From Candidatus Heimdallarchaeota archaeon (GTDB taxonomy: Archaea; Asgardarchaeota; Heimdallarchaeia; JABLTI01): a stretch of 24,000 nucleotides of DNA. Positions 6,817 to 15,210 of this stretch are shown here, one piece after another. The stretch lies in the NCBI GenBank assembly GCA_030614005.1, contig JAUWKS010000029.1, positions 17,317 through 41,316 of the forward strand, written 5' to 3'. Under the pieces are notes generated by a model. That model was given only the letters and a program-made list of their open reading frames with translations, made no database searches and was not told the DNA's origin. Numbering within the stretch: position 1 is the stretch's first letter; the number at the start of each line of letters is the position of its first letter. A program made the translations under genes and the position numbers.

Positions 6817-7722
6817 TTGATTGTTATTTTTTGTATTGTTGGTATTAATATATTTAATTACCATTTAATTAGACCTTTTGGTCAAAAAAGAAATCCAAAA
6901 TATATGGCTATTATACCTAAATATGAGAATAACACTTCTGTAAAAATTTCTATTTATATGGGGGGCAGTTATTTTGACTATTTGGGATTATCCAATGAAG
7001 ACATTAATGTAAATTCAATGAAAAAATATGGTTGTAAAATAGTTTTTGAAATAAATAACAGTGTCTACTTAGATATTCCAGAATATTTTGAACAAGGGAA
7101 TATCATCTGGGATTCACCGAATGAGTTTATCTATCCATATAAAGATACAGCAGAAATTGTTTATAAAAATGGAACAATAGATGACCCTTTTCATTTATCT
7201 GGTTATTTCATCGATGCAAGTGATTTGCAAATAAATGAAACATTAGAATTTGCAGGATATTTTGATGAAATGGTAACACAACCAACAAGAGAGAAATTTA
7301 TATTGGAATTATTTACTATCGGTGTTGATGAATTTGGTAAAGAGTTGAATATAGATATTGATGTTTATTTCGATGAATTGGATTTTTATGAAAAGGGTTA
7401 TGAAATCGAAGAAACAAATGGAGAACTCTCTTTTTATTTCATTGGAGCTCCAGTAATTTCAAATTTCATTACTAACATTTTCTCCATGGATCATTTGGAT
7501 AGAATTTTCTATAATATTCCAGTTCTTATTGAATACACTAAAAGAAGTAGTAGGAATATAGAATTTTTCGGAAATTTATTGATTGGATTATTATTACCTT
7601 TTGAGATTACCATATTACTAAAAGTTTTAAATTTTAATGAGAAAAACAAAACCAAGGATACAAAGGTTAAACAAAACTATATTCAAGTGTGTTACATCTC
7701 AACGAAAAGCGTTACTCATTAG
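6817..7722 (+). CDS. Hypothetical membrane-anchored protein (N- and C-terminal hydrophobic segments); possibly a pseudogene
   Basis: 301-aa ORF starting at TTG. An in-frame ATG at 6781 would give a classical leader MAFKN-KKILLILIVIFCIVG but is separated from the ORF by TAG at 6796-6798. Confidence 0.5.
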   Translation: MIVIFCIVGINIFNYHLIRPFGQKRNPKYMAIIPKYENNTSVKISIYMGGSYFDYLGLSNEDINVNSMKKYGCKIVFEINNSVYLDIPEYFEQGNIIWDSPNEFIYPYKDTAEIVYKNGTIDDPFHLSGYFIDASDLQINETLEFAGYFDEMVTQPTREKFILELFTIGVDEFGKELNIDIDVYFDELDFYEKGYEIEETNGELSFYFIGAPVISNFITNIFSMDHLDRIFYNIPVLIEYTKRSSRNIEFFGNLLIGLLLPFEITILLKVLNFNEKNKTKDTKVKQNYIQVCYISTKSVTH

Positions 7723-7824
7723 AAAAAAACTCCAAAATACTGGAATAAACATGTGAGCGATTTGGTAACAAACAATGAAATAAAAAAGACGAAAGTTGAA
7801 CACTCATGTAGCCTTTAAAAAACG

Positions 7825-7863
7825 CCGAGAGGTTCGGCGGTTCAAATCCGTCCAGGCCTGCCA
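7825..7863 (+). pseudogene. 3' fragment of a tRNA-Arg-like gene (position ~39 to CCA), inverted relative to the intact tRNA-Arg
   Basis: 7834-7863 (TCGGCGGTTCAAATCCGTCCAGGCCTGCCA) is the exact reverse complement of 1801-1830. 7825-7833 (CCGAGAGGT) differs from the intact gene (CCAAGAGG) by one substitution and one extra T. No 5' half lies upstream. Confidence 0.8.
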
Positions 7864-7942
7864 ATTTATTTCTACTCTTTTTCATTGCCTAAAGATTTAA
7901 TAGTTAATTATTAACATCATTATATCATATAGTAAATTATTC

Positions 7943-8071
7943 ATGGAGAACAAAACTATGGACTGGTGGGTCATTTTACTAATCGTTCTTGGAAGCATTG
8001 TGGGTTTAATTGCCCTCGTTGTTATTGGCTTTATGGGTTTTCTAGCGATTACAGCTGATTCTAGAAAATAA
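7943..8071 (+). CDS. Small single-pass membrane protein (42 aa; not in the supplied ORF track)
   Basis: My own translation gives MENKTMDWWVILLIVLGSIVGLIALVVIGFMGFLAITADSRK, one clear transmembrane helix. There is an alternative ATG at 7958. Confidence 0.4.
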   Translation: MENKTMDWWVILLIVLGSIVGLIALVVIGFMGFLAITADSRK

Positions 8072-8147
8072 CCCAATAGCTCTTATCCTCTTAAAGAATG
8101 CAAAAAAAACTTTGCATCACTTGTATAGTGGTGCATTTTTTACCTTT

Positions 8148-9719
8148 TTAGCTGCCAATTATTTTTGCTATATTTCTGTTCATTTTGTCAGCTATTTCTC
8201 TTCTTTCTTTGCTTTTCGCTTTTCCTAAACCTATTTCCGTGATTATTTTTGTGTATCTTCCCGTTCCACTTGGTCTTATACTTATTACAAGATTGTTTTC
8301 ATTCTTATCTTGAACGATCAAGTTTTGACCATCCAATGTTGATCTATAGATTACTTCATGTTCTTTTGTAAGATAGTCCATTATTTCCTTGGATGATTTT
8401 AGGACTTTTTCTAGTCTTTGTGGATAATTCAAATTTAACATATCTATTTGTGTTTTTAACACATCTACTGACGGGAATTCCGGTAGCTTTTCATTCTCTT
8501 TGAACCAATGCATTAGCCATAGTGCATGTTGAAATGGAGATTTCATGCAAATTGGATGTGATTTATTGAAGAAGATGTCTGTATAGTCCGCACCTGATAT
8601 TTTATTTATGCTTGGGTTTTCTGCTAGTAGTTCTGCTACTCCTAAAAAGAATGCGGGTTCTCCTTGTGCAGTTGCATAAACTTTTTTTGTATATTTACTT
8701 AATGCTGAGAGCATTAGTAATGAAATTCTCTCTTGTACTAGCACATATTCATCTGGTTTAGTTACTTTTGCTTCTGCTATTAATCCCGTTGTAAACGATT
8801 CTTCTTGATTCATTACTATTTTATCTTTTCCGATTCCAGGTGTTTTCACAAGAAATGTTCTATCTGCATCTGCATCATGATTGAAAACTGCTTGTGTCTT
8901 TTTGTAATATTTTTCTGCCAATTCATCCCAAATTTCTCTTGGATCCCTATCTGGTGCTGTTGGATTTAAGACGTTATTGTCAAGAGAAATATCTGCATTT
9001 GATTCTCTATCGATTATTTCCCATATCTCCCCTGCCATACTATGCCTGCAATCAACGATAAATTCTCCTTCGATTTTATCCATTGGAGTCACTTTTTTTA
9101 GCGATTTGAAAAATTCCTCCCTCATATCTTTTGTATCTAGTTTTTCAACAGAGCCGATATCTTTTGGGTGCACCATTTGATTTTCCCCAATCATCCCTTC
9201 AATAACCGGTGCAAGTGTTCTTGGCAAAAATCCGAAAATGCTATTCTTTTTTATGCTTTTTGGAAAATCAATTGTTGCGCCATTTTTTTGTAAAAGATCA
9301 ACTGCATTTCCAATATTTATTACCAATTTCAATCCCACATATTGTTGTGGACTATGACTTCTTCCGAAAAAGCATCCTGGTAATCCGTGCTTATAGCATG
9401 AGAACATGAACTCTGGTACTGTTACAGGACCATCCAACTCGATGATATTTATCCCACTTCTTCTCATATATTCTTTTGAGCTTATTGAAATTGACTTGTG
9501 TACTCTGCTTCCATCGTATCCAATGAGAACATCACTTTCAATTGTTTTTGCAAAACCTGTCGCGTATTTATCAAAGAAATCAGCATTATATACGGAATAC
9601 AAATCTCGAGGTCCATTTGTTCCAGTTAATTGAGCTAGCTTGATATCAAATTTATATTTTGAAACAAAACTTGGATTAGATGTACTTAATACTAGTGGTT
9701 CTAGCTTTGGGAGAGTCAT
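8148..9719 (-). CDS. Alpha-D-phosphohexomutase superfamily enzyme (phosphoglucomutase/phosphomannomutase/AGM1-like)
   Basis: Has a catalytic-serine-loop-like GRSHSPQQYVGLK (compare TASHNPxxxNGxK) and a metal loop HDADADR (compare DGDxDR). The ATG at 9719 follows GGTGA; the ORF is open to a TTG at 9764. Confidence 0.75.
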   Translation of the reverse strand: MTLPKLEPLVLSTSNPSFVSKYKFDIKLAQLTGTNGPRDLYSVYNADFFDKYATGFAKTIESDVLIGYDGSRVHKSISISSKEYMRRSGINIIELDGPVTVPEFMFSCYKHGLPGCFFGRSHSPQQYVGLKLVINIGNAVDLLQKNGATIDFPKSIKKNSIFGFLPRTLAPVIEGMIGENQMVHPKDIGSVEKLDTKDMREEFFKSLKKVTPMDKIEGEFIVDCRHSMAGEIWEIIDRESNADISLDNNVLNPTAPDRDPREIWDELAEKYYKKTQAVFNHDADADRTFLVKTPGIGKDKIVMNQEESFTTGLIAEAKVTKPDEYVLVQERISLLMLSALSKYTKKVYATAQGEPAFFLGVAELLAENPSINKISGADYTDIFFNKSHPICMKSPFQHALWLMHWFKENEKLPEFPSVDVLKTQIDMLNLNYPQRLEKVLKSSKEIMDYLTKEHEVIYRSTLDGQNLIVQDKNENNLVISIRPSGTGRYTKIITEIGLGKAKSKERREIADKMNRNIAKIIGS

Positions 9720-9821
9720 TTTTTCACCAATAAACAGCTTACTTGGAATTAGTTTTAAATTCAATAAGTTATTACTATTTTGTATATTTGACCTTTTCCG
9801 GCATGGAATTCTGGTGATATC

Positions 9822-10238
9822 TTGAAATCGTTACAATTGGGTGGTATCTGTTCAAACTATTCTTGTGCAATTTGCTGCAAAGAAACAAAAATGATCCTTT
9901 CTTCTGAAGAAGTACAAATAATCATAGATTGTGGTTATGATAAAGAGGATTTTTGTTATGTTGATGAAGAAGGTTTTATCCGCTTAAAAAATGTTAATGG
10001 TATTTGTTTCTTTTTGCGTGATAACAAGTGTATTATCTATTCTTCACGACCACAAGGGTGCAAATTTTATCCAATTATCTTTGATTTAGATACAAACAAA
10101 GCGATTGTTGATCCCGATTGTCCTTTAGCTGTATCTATCTCGAGTAAAACGATATCTACCTTCAATAAAGATTTAAAGAAATTTATTAGAAAAATAATGG
10201 AAGAAAGAGAAAATTCTTCTGAAGAGAAAGAGTTTTAA
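9822..10238 (+). CDS. YkgJ/UPF0153-family putative zinc/iron-chelating protein (CxxCxxCC)
   Basis: Has the N-terminal motif CSNYSCAICC and the downstream GICFFL...NKCIIYSSRPQGCKFYP typical of the family. A TTG start is needed to retain the motif. Confidence 0.7.
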   Translation: MKSLQLGGICSNYSCAICCKETKMILSSEEVQIIIDCGYDKEDFCYVDEEGFIRLKNVNGICFFLRDNKCIIYSSRPQGCKFYPIIFDLDTNKAIVDPDCPLAVSISSKTISTFNKDLKKFIRKIMEERENSSEEKEF

Positions 10239-10241
10239 TAC

Positions 10242-11030
10242 TCATTTTCTGATTTTCTTTTTCTTTGCTTCGAGTTTATTTGCTTCTTGTGTTTCCCCAA
10301 TTAAATGTAAAATTTTAATCGCGTTTGAATATTCTTTTTCAATAATGCTATCAAAATCAGGATCATTTTTCTTTTGATAGAACAGTGCTAAATCTTCATG
10401 TGCTTTTGCAATGTTCATTTTAGCTTTTTTAGCTGATTTTGCAGTTGTATCTTTTTCTTCAATAATTTGCTTCCTTGCCTTGGAATCAAAATCTTTGTTA
10501 TGAAGGAGTACTCTCTCGAGTAATAATGATACCTTACTGTAAAGATTACTTATTCTTTCAAATAAATGAATTGACCCTTCAACGTCATTATCATTCTTTG
10601 TTTGATTACTCAGATTCTCAAATATTTCAACCGATTGTTCATAGCAGTTCTTTGCTTTGTCAAAGCTCATTATATAGCTATACCCATCTGCAGCATCTTC
10701 GAAGTTCGAAGCTGCTTGTTTTTGATCTTTTCTAATAACTGCTTCTTTTGCAATATTTTCGAATCCAACAGCGGCTTTTTTCAAGCCAATTATTCCAATT
10801 ACTTGATACAGCTTATTTATCCTTGAAGCTTTATCAATTAGATTATTCCAGGCACGGATTGCTGCTAGTGCAAAATCAATAGCTAGTGCAAGATCATTGT
10901 TATCTTGAGCTAAGCCAACTAGATGTTCATATGTTTTTGCGGAGTCTTCCCACCTACTTGCTGCATAGTTAGCTTCAGCTTCCGACTTTAATTGTTTTAT
11001 TTGAGGCTTCATTCCCAAAACACTTTCCAA
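10242..11030 (-). CDS. All-helical TPR-like repeat protein, function unknown
   Basis: Repeated A..Y....W/Y.(D/E)(S/A)A..YE-type helices (AEANYAASRWEDSAKTYEHLV, FDKAKNCYEQSVEIFENL) and a Lys-rich tail. Starts at TTG 11030 or ATG 11012. Confidence 0.45.
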   Translation of the reverse strand: MESVLGMKPQIKQLKSEAEANYAASRWEDSAKTYEHLVGLAQDNNDLALAIDFALAAIRAWNNLIDKASRINKLYQVIGIIGLKKAAVGFENIAKEAVIRKDQKQAASNFEDAADGYSYIMSFDKAKNCYEQSVEIFENLSNQTKNDNDVEGSIHLFERISNLYSKVSLLLERVLLHNKDFDSKARKQIIEEKDTTAKSAKKAKMNIAKAHEDLALFYQKKNDPDFDSIIEKEYSNAIKILHLIGETQEANKLEAKKKKIRK

Positions 11031-11163
11031 TTAGAACAATACAATATTTCTTTAGAATTTTATGCTCTTAAACTCTATGTTTAAGGTAAGAATGAATATC
11101 TATGAATAAAAAAATAGTGTTTGTGAAGATTATTATTAATCTTCACTTTAAATACTTTAAACC

Positions 11164-12921
11164 TTACTCGGTTTCATATTCGTCTAAATCTACTGCATCT
11201 TCCCCTTCTTCTTCATCGAGTTCCTCTTCAGGCTCTTCCGATTTTTCCGAAGGAGTGCCTTTTGGTGTTTTTACTACTCTAACGAAAAAGAAAGTTAATG
11301 CAATTAAACCTATGATAATTGTTAACGCAAATGTGATTATATATGGTATTGGAACATCTAATGGTTCAGGTCCTGGAGGAAATACTTCCAAATAAAGATC
11401 TGTCGTAGTATTGTAACCATACCCTCTTTTGTGACCGACAATATTAATATAAACTGTTCCTCTGCCAATTTCATTTGTGTCAATTGTGCAAGAGAAATTT
11501 GTGTTATCAGTGGTTTCCATGTTTATTTCTAACACTATATTGGAACTTCGCACTACTCTTAGTGTAACATTTATCCCTTCAATAAGAGTATTATTTTGAG
11601 CGATATATGTAACATTTGAGTTTATTATATCCCCTTGATTAAGGGTAAAAGTACTCAAATCAAAGTTTGAATTTTGAATCACTGCATACATCTTTGTTAA
11701 CCATTGTATTGTTCTTTGGAAAAAGAATTCATTTTCAGGGTTTCGTCCCATTTGTGTATCATTAAAGATATTTGCTGAACCGATTGTTGCAATTCGTCCA
11801 TTATTCTTTGTCTCTGTTAAAACGATTAGAGTATTATTTAAACCAATGGTTTCATTTTCATCAACAACACCATTTCCATTTTCGTCTGCAAAAGTTGTTT
11901 CATTACCACTTGCTAAAACGTAACTATCAACAATTTCTCCAGCGACTTGAAGGTCATAGAATTCCAAGCTTTCTTCTATCCAAGTTTCATTTATTTCTAA
12001 CATGGGTCCAGCATAATTTATTGTTGGAACTATTTCATCAGTTAATGGCACATATTGATTTTCTGTTAGAATTGGATGATCCATGAATTCTGAAACAAAA
12101 AATGTTGAAAGAGTATTATTTTCACCAATTGGATCACTTAAATCGGTTGAATTTATGCACATAGCTGTTGCATTATCAAAATGGATTCCAAATGGTTGAA
12201 TTAGTTCATTAACGTTTGTAAAAATCGAATCAGCTGAACCTGCTATTAAAAGCCCACCGCCATCTCTTACAAACTGAGTTATTGCTTCAATTTCAAATAT
12301 GGTGAAATTTTTTGTTGAATCGTTTGGTTCTAAAATAATTAAAAGATCTATACCAGCTAGTGTAGAATTAATAACATGAGCATCTTCATTAAAACTGAAC
12401 TTGAACTCACTATCTTGAATCCAATTAACTAACCCAGAATATTTTGATTTTATTCCATTGTTATCAGTATTGTGTCTCAAGTCGAAGAGGATGTTTACTT
12501 CATCATGTCTAGGTAAGTCAGGGACATAAGGATCTTCTACATTAAAGGTTCCTGTTTCTGAACAGTTTACTGAGGAGTAAGTAAATTCTCCAATTTTGTT
12601 TGCAATGAATTCAACTACAATTGTTGTATTAGCTTCAATTACTTCATTTATACCGTACTCGACTATTACAAAAGTGTGACCTATATCTATACTTTCTATT
12701 GTAAGGTTTACAGCTGCGCTTTCTTTTACTGTAAATGATTCAGGAGTAAACGCTGTCTTTGACACATTGATGTGTAAATTGAACTCACCAACATGAAATA
12801 GATCAGGTGTTAATTCATCATCAATTTGACTCTGCATTGCATTTGCTGCTAGGCTCTCTCCAATAACTAAAAAGGAGATTATTGATATTATCATTAGTAG
12901 TTTTTTTATCTTCAATTGCAA
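11164..12921 (-). CDS. Secreted, membrane-anchored surface glycoprotein candidate: cupredoxin-like fold, then a GldG/DUF4350-like domain, a C-terminal TM and an acidic tail
   Basis: Signal peptide MQLKIKKLLMIISIISFLVIGESLAANA. FTPESFTVKESAAVNLTIESIDIGHTFVI...GEFTYSSVNC resembles a cupredoxin-like domain. LLIILEPND...EIEAITQFVRDGGGLLIAGSADS resembles a GATase1-like or ABC auxiliary domain. Roughly 20 N-x-S/T sequons. TM helix IPYIITFALTIIIGLIALTFFFV, then an EEPEEELDEEEGED tail. Confidence 0.6.
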   Translation of the reverse strand: MQLKIKKLLMIISIISFLVIGESLAANAMQSQIDDELTPDLFHVGEFNLHINVSKTAFTPESFTVKESAAVNLTIESIDIGHTFVIVEYGINEVIEANTTIVVEFIANKIGEFTYSSVNCSETGTFNVEDPYVPDLPRHDEVNILFDLRHNTDNNGIKSKYSGLVNWIQDSEFKFSFNEDAHVINSTLAGIDLLIILEPNDSTKNFTIFEIEAITQFVRDGGGLLIAGSADSIFTNVNELIQPFGIHFDNATAMCINSTDLSDPIGENNTLSTFFVSEFMDHPILTENQYVPLTDEIVPTINYAGPMLEINETWIEESLEFYDLQVAGEIVDSYVLASGNETTFADENGNGVVDENETIGLNNTLIVLTETKNNGRIATIGSANIFNDTQMGRNPENEFFFQRTIQWLTKMYAVIQNSNFDLSTFTLNQGDIINSNVTYIAQNNTLIEGINVTLRVVRSSNIVLEINMETTDNTNFSCTIDTNEIGRGTVYINIVGHKRGYGYNTTTDLYLEVFPPGPEPLDVPIPYIITFALTIIIGLIALTFFFVRVVKTPKGTPSEKSEEPEEELDEEEGEDAVDLDEYETE

Positions 12922-13314
12922 GTCTTAAACACCTCAAGATGTAAGAGTACGTACATTTAGCTTTTTTCGTTTGAATAAAACTTCAGTGCTACAATTTCTG
13001 CTTTTTTTATAGTTTAAAATCTTTTCTTTCGCTTTTTTTACTAAATACAATGTTTTCCTTTATGTAGTAGAAAATTATTCTCTACAAGTAAAAGGAAAGG
13101 GTTTTCCAGGTTTTTCATTCATCAAATGATGTCTTTTTAATCAATTTCTATTCCCAAATATCTTTTCGACGAAAAATCATTAGAAGATGACGCAAACGAT
13201 ATATTTTAATCGCGAATTATTCTTTAGTTAATAAGTTTAGATGATTTAATAAATCAAACTAAGCACAAGGATAATTAATTAAATGTTGAACCCTTGTATA
13301 AGTGAGTGTTAGCC

Positions 13315-13683
13315 ATGTCATCCCGAGTAGAACAAATTCATAATATTCTTACAAAATTAAAAGCAGGTCATGATGGTGTAGAAGGATGTCTCCTTGTTAC
13401 AGCTCAAGGATTACCTATTGATTCTGTTTTTGACGGTTCCACAGATGAAGACTTAATTTCAGCTATGACTGCAGCCATTTCTTCTGTATCTGAAAGAGTT
13501 ACTCAAGAGCTAGGAAAGGGTAAAATTAACAATATTTCAATTCTTGGTGAGAAGGGGTACATTATTTTACTTGATATAGCATCACGTGCTGTTCTAACCG
13601 TTCTTGCAAAAACCGAAGCAAATTTGGGTCTGATTTTACTTCTTGCTAGAAGATCTTGTACCCAACTTACTGAGTTAATCTAA
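13315..13683 (+). CDS. Roadblock/LC7 (MglB-like) domain protein
   Basis: GVEGCLLVTAQGLPIDS...LISAMTAAISSVSERVTQELGKG..NNISILGEKGYIILLDI...AVLTVLAKTEANLGLILL fits the Roadblock/LC7 fold pattern. The ORF is open from a GTG at 13306. Confidence 0.8.
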   Translation: MSSRVEQIHNILTKLKAGHDGVEGCLLVTAQGLPIDSVFDGSTDEDLISAMTAAISSVSERVTQELGKGKINNISILGEKGYIILLDIASRAVLTVLAKTEANLGLILLLARRSCTQLTELI

Positions 13684-13691
13684 AGACTAGA

Positions 13692-13994
13692 TTATATTGT
13701 TGTTCCTTCAAAATCTTCTTCAGAAGGAATTAATTTTTCCAATCGTTTAAAGAGTTCTAAAAATTCTACTCCTGTAGGAGTTATTCTATAGACTGTTAGA
13801 TTCTCATCTTCATCATCATAAATCAAATTTCTTGCTAAAAGGAATAAAAGAATAGGTTTTGCTCTATCTACTGGGAGATTCGCTGCTCGAGATATTCTCG
13901 TTAAAGGAAGATCTGCTTGGAAGTAAATAATTTTCAAAATCTCATTATAGATTTCATATTTTGATCTTCTGAGACTAGATCTTCGCCTTGACAT
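13692..13994 (-). CDS. Small archaeal winged-helix DNA-binding protein (HTH_45-like)
   Basis: RSKYEIYNEILKII...PLTRISRAANLPVDRAKPILLFLLARNLI...YRITPTGVEFLELFKRL shows the typical wHTH layout. Confidence 0.65.
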   Translation of the reverse strand: MSRRRSSLRRSKYEIYNEILKIIYFQADLPLTRISRAANLPVDRAKPILLFLLARNLIYDDEDENLTVYRITPTGVEFLELFKRLEKLIPSEEDFEGTTI

Positions 13995-14170
13995 TTAGTA
14001 ACCCTTCTTGTTTTTGTCTTATTGTTCAATTCTTTATCAAAGATAATAATGTTTTGGAATTCGAAGACATTTTCATTTATTTAACAAAAAACTAATAATA
14101 TTTGAATAAATTGAATATCATTGAATATACTAAGTCTTTGGTTGGATGAATACTGAATTATTTTGTCTAT

Positions 14171-14449
14171 ATGGTTAAATGTGCTGATAACACCCTTTAC
14201 ACAGGATATACAAGTAACTTAGAGCAACGTATAAAGCAACATAATTCTGGATCACAAGGAGCCCGATATACTAAAACTAGAAGACCAGTTAAATTAGTTT
14301 TTGTCGAAATTTATCAATCACAAAGAGAAGCAATAAAACGAGAGCTTGCTATTAAGAAACGCTCTCGAGAAGAGAAATTAAATTTAATCAAATTATCACC
14401 CATAAAACCACCAGTATTTTATGATACTGAGAACGACAATTCTAAGTAA
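14171..14449 (+). CDS. GIY-YIG nuclease-superfamily protein (YhbQ/UPF0213-like)
   Basis: (YFVY)MVKCADNTLYTGYTSNLEQRIKQHNSG...ARYTKTRRPVKLVFVE...REAIKRELAIKK carries the GIY and YIG elements, the conserved Arg and the Glu. Confidence 0.8.
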   Translation: MVKCADNTLYTGYTSNLEQRIKQHNSGSQGARYTKTRRPVKLVFVEIYQSQREAIKRELAIKKRSREEKLNLIKLSPIKPPVFYDTENDNSK

Positions 14450-14481
14450 GAATTGATGACCATGAAATACTTTTTTTGTAA

Positions 14482-15108
14482 TTAGTTTTTGATTTGATAC
14501 AAATCTATCTTTATTACATGTTGATTTTTCTTATGAAAATCATATTGCCTTGGTATCTCAAAATCCATTGATATGATATCTACTACTTCTGCGCCGTGTT
14601 CTTTACAGAATTTTCTAAAAAATTGTCTTGTTTTTTCCGCATGTGGATTAATTGAGTAAATTACTTGTGAATGTTGTAGAGCAGTAATTAGAAAATCTCT
14701 ATCTCGAGATACACTCTCTTTTCTCATTCCAAATGGAGGATTCATTATTGTTGTATTTATTTTCTTGAATTTTAATTCTCTAACATCACTACATATCCAA
14801 TTACAAATTTCCTCAAAATCGGTCTCCTTGCAATTAGTCTTTGCTACCGAAATTGAATTCAAATCTATATCAATTCCAAAAACATTTTTTGCGCCCAGAT
14901 ATGCTGCGCCAAGTGCAAGTATTCCTGAACCACAACCAAGGTCTAGGATATTCTTTTGATAGATATCATCATTTTCTATCCCAGCAATCCAGAGTAAATT
15001 AGCAGCTACTCGAGATGAAGTAGGATATTGTTCATATTTGATTTGTAGGTTAGGAATGGTCTCGAGATACTGTAAGAATATTTCAAGGTCTTTACGTTTT
15101 ACTCGCAA
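14482..15108 (-). CDS. METTL5-like (COG2263) SAM-dependent N6-adenine RNA methyltransferase
   Basis: SAM motif I is ILDLGCGSGILALGAAYLGA..VFGIDID and the catalytic motif IV is MNPPFG. The C-terminal ...EIPRQYDFHKKNQHVIKIDLY resembles METTL5 and its archaeal homologues. TTG start preceded by GGAG. Confidence 0.8.
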   Translation of the reverse strand: MRVKRKDLEIFLQYLETIPNLQIKYEQYPTSSRVAANLLWIAGIENDDIYQKNILDLGCGSGILALGAAYLGAKNVFGIDIDLNSISVAKTNCKETDFEEICNWICSDVRELKFKKINTTIMNPPFGMRKESVSRDRDFLITALQHSQVIYSINPHAEKTRQFFRKFCKEHGAEVVDIISMDFEIPRQYDFHKKNQHVIKIDLYQIKN

Positions 15109-15152
15109 TTATGAGTCTCCAAAATCCATATGCTGTTATATAGTTAGTATTA

Positions 15153-15191
15153 TTAAAAAGAAATATCTTGAAAGGAAATAAATCCTTTCAA
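15153..15191 (-). terminator. Hairpin plus T-run downstream of enolase
   Basis: A perfect 9-bp stem TTGAAAGGA(15168-15176)/TCCTTTCAA(15183-15191) with a 6-nt loop lies 20 nt after the eno stop. On the transcribed strand it is followed by GATATTTCTTTTTAA. Confidence 0.45.
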
Positions 15192-15210
15192 ATTAACAGC
15201 TATTTCTCTA

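Noticed and set aside
17-7863. The 5' tRNA half (17-56) and the 3' tRNA fragment (7825-7863) as a Nanoarchaeum-style split tRNA, or as a single tRNA interrupted by a 7.8-kb insertion
   Set aside because: The acceptor strands would pair, but the anticodon-stem strands do not (ACGGA needs TCCGT; the 3' piece has CCGAG). The sequences flanking the two halves share only short AT-rich complementarity (GTTCAA/TTGAAC), not the 12-14-nt GC-rich helices seen in known split tRNAs.
8977-9825. Four plus-strand ORFs from the track (8977-9180, 9209-9409, 9406-9633, 9640-9825)
   Set aside because: All lie antisense to the well-supported phosphohexomutase gene. They have low-complexity, Leu/Ser/Phe-rich translations typical of shadow ORFs in AT-rich DNA.
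11102-11395. Ser-rich 97-aa ORF (…SSKSTASSPSSSSSSSSGSSD…)
   Set aside because: It is the antisense reading of the GAA/GAG-rich acidic tail and TM region of the 11164-12921 gene, so it is an artefact of complementing poly-Glu codons.
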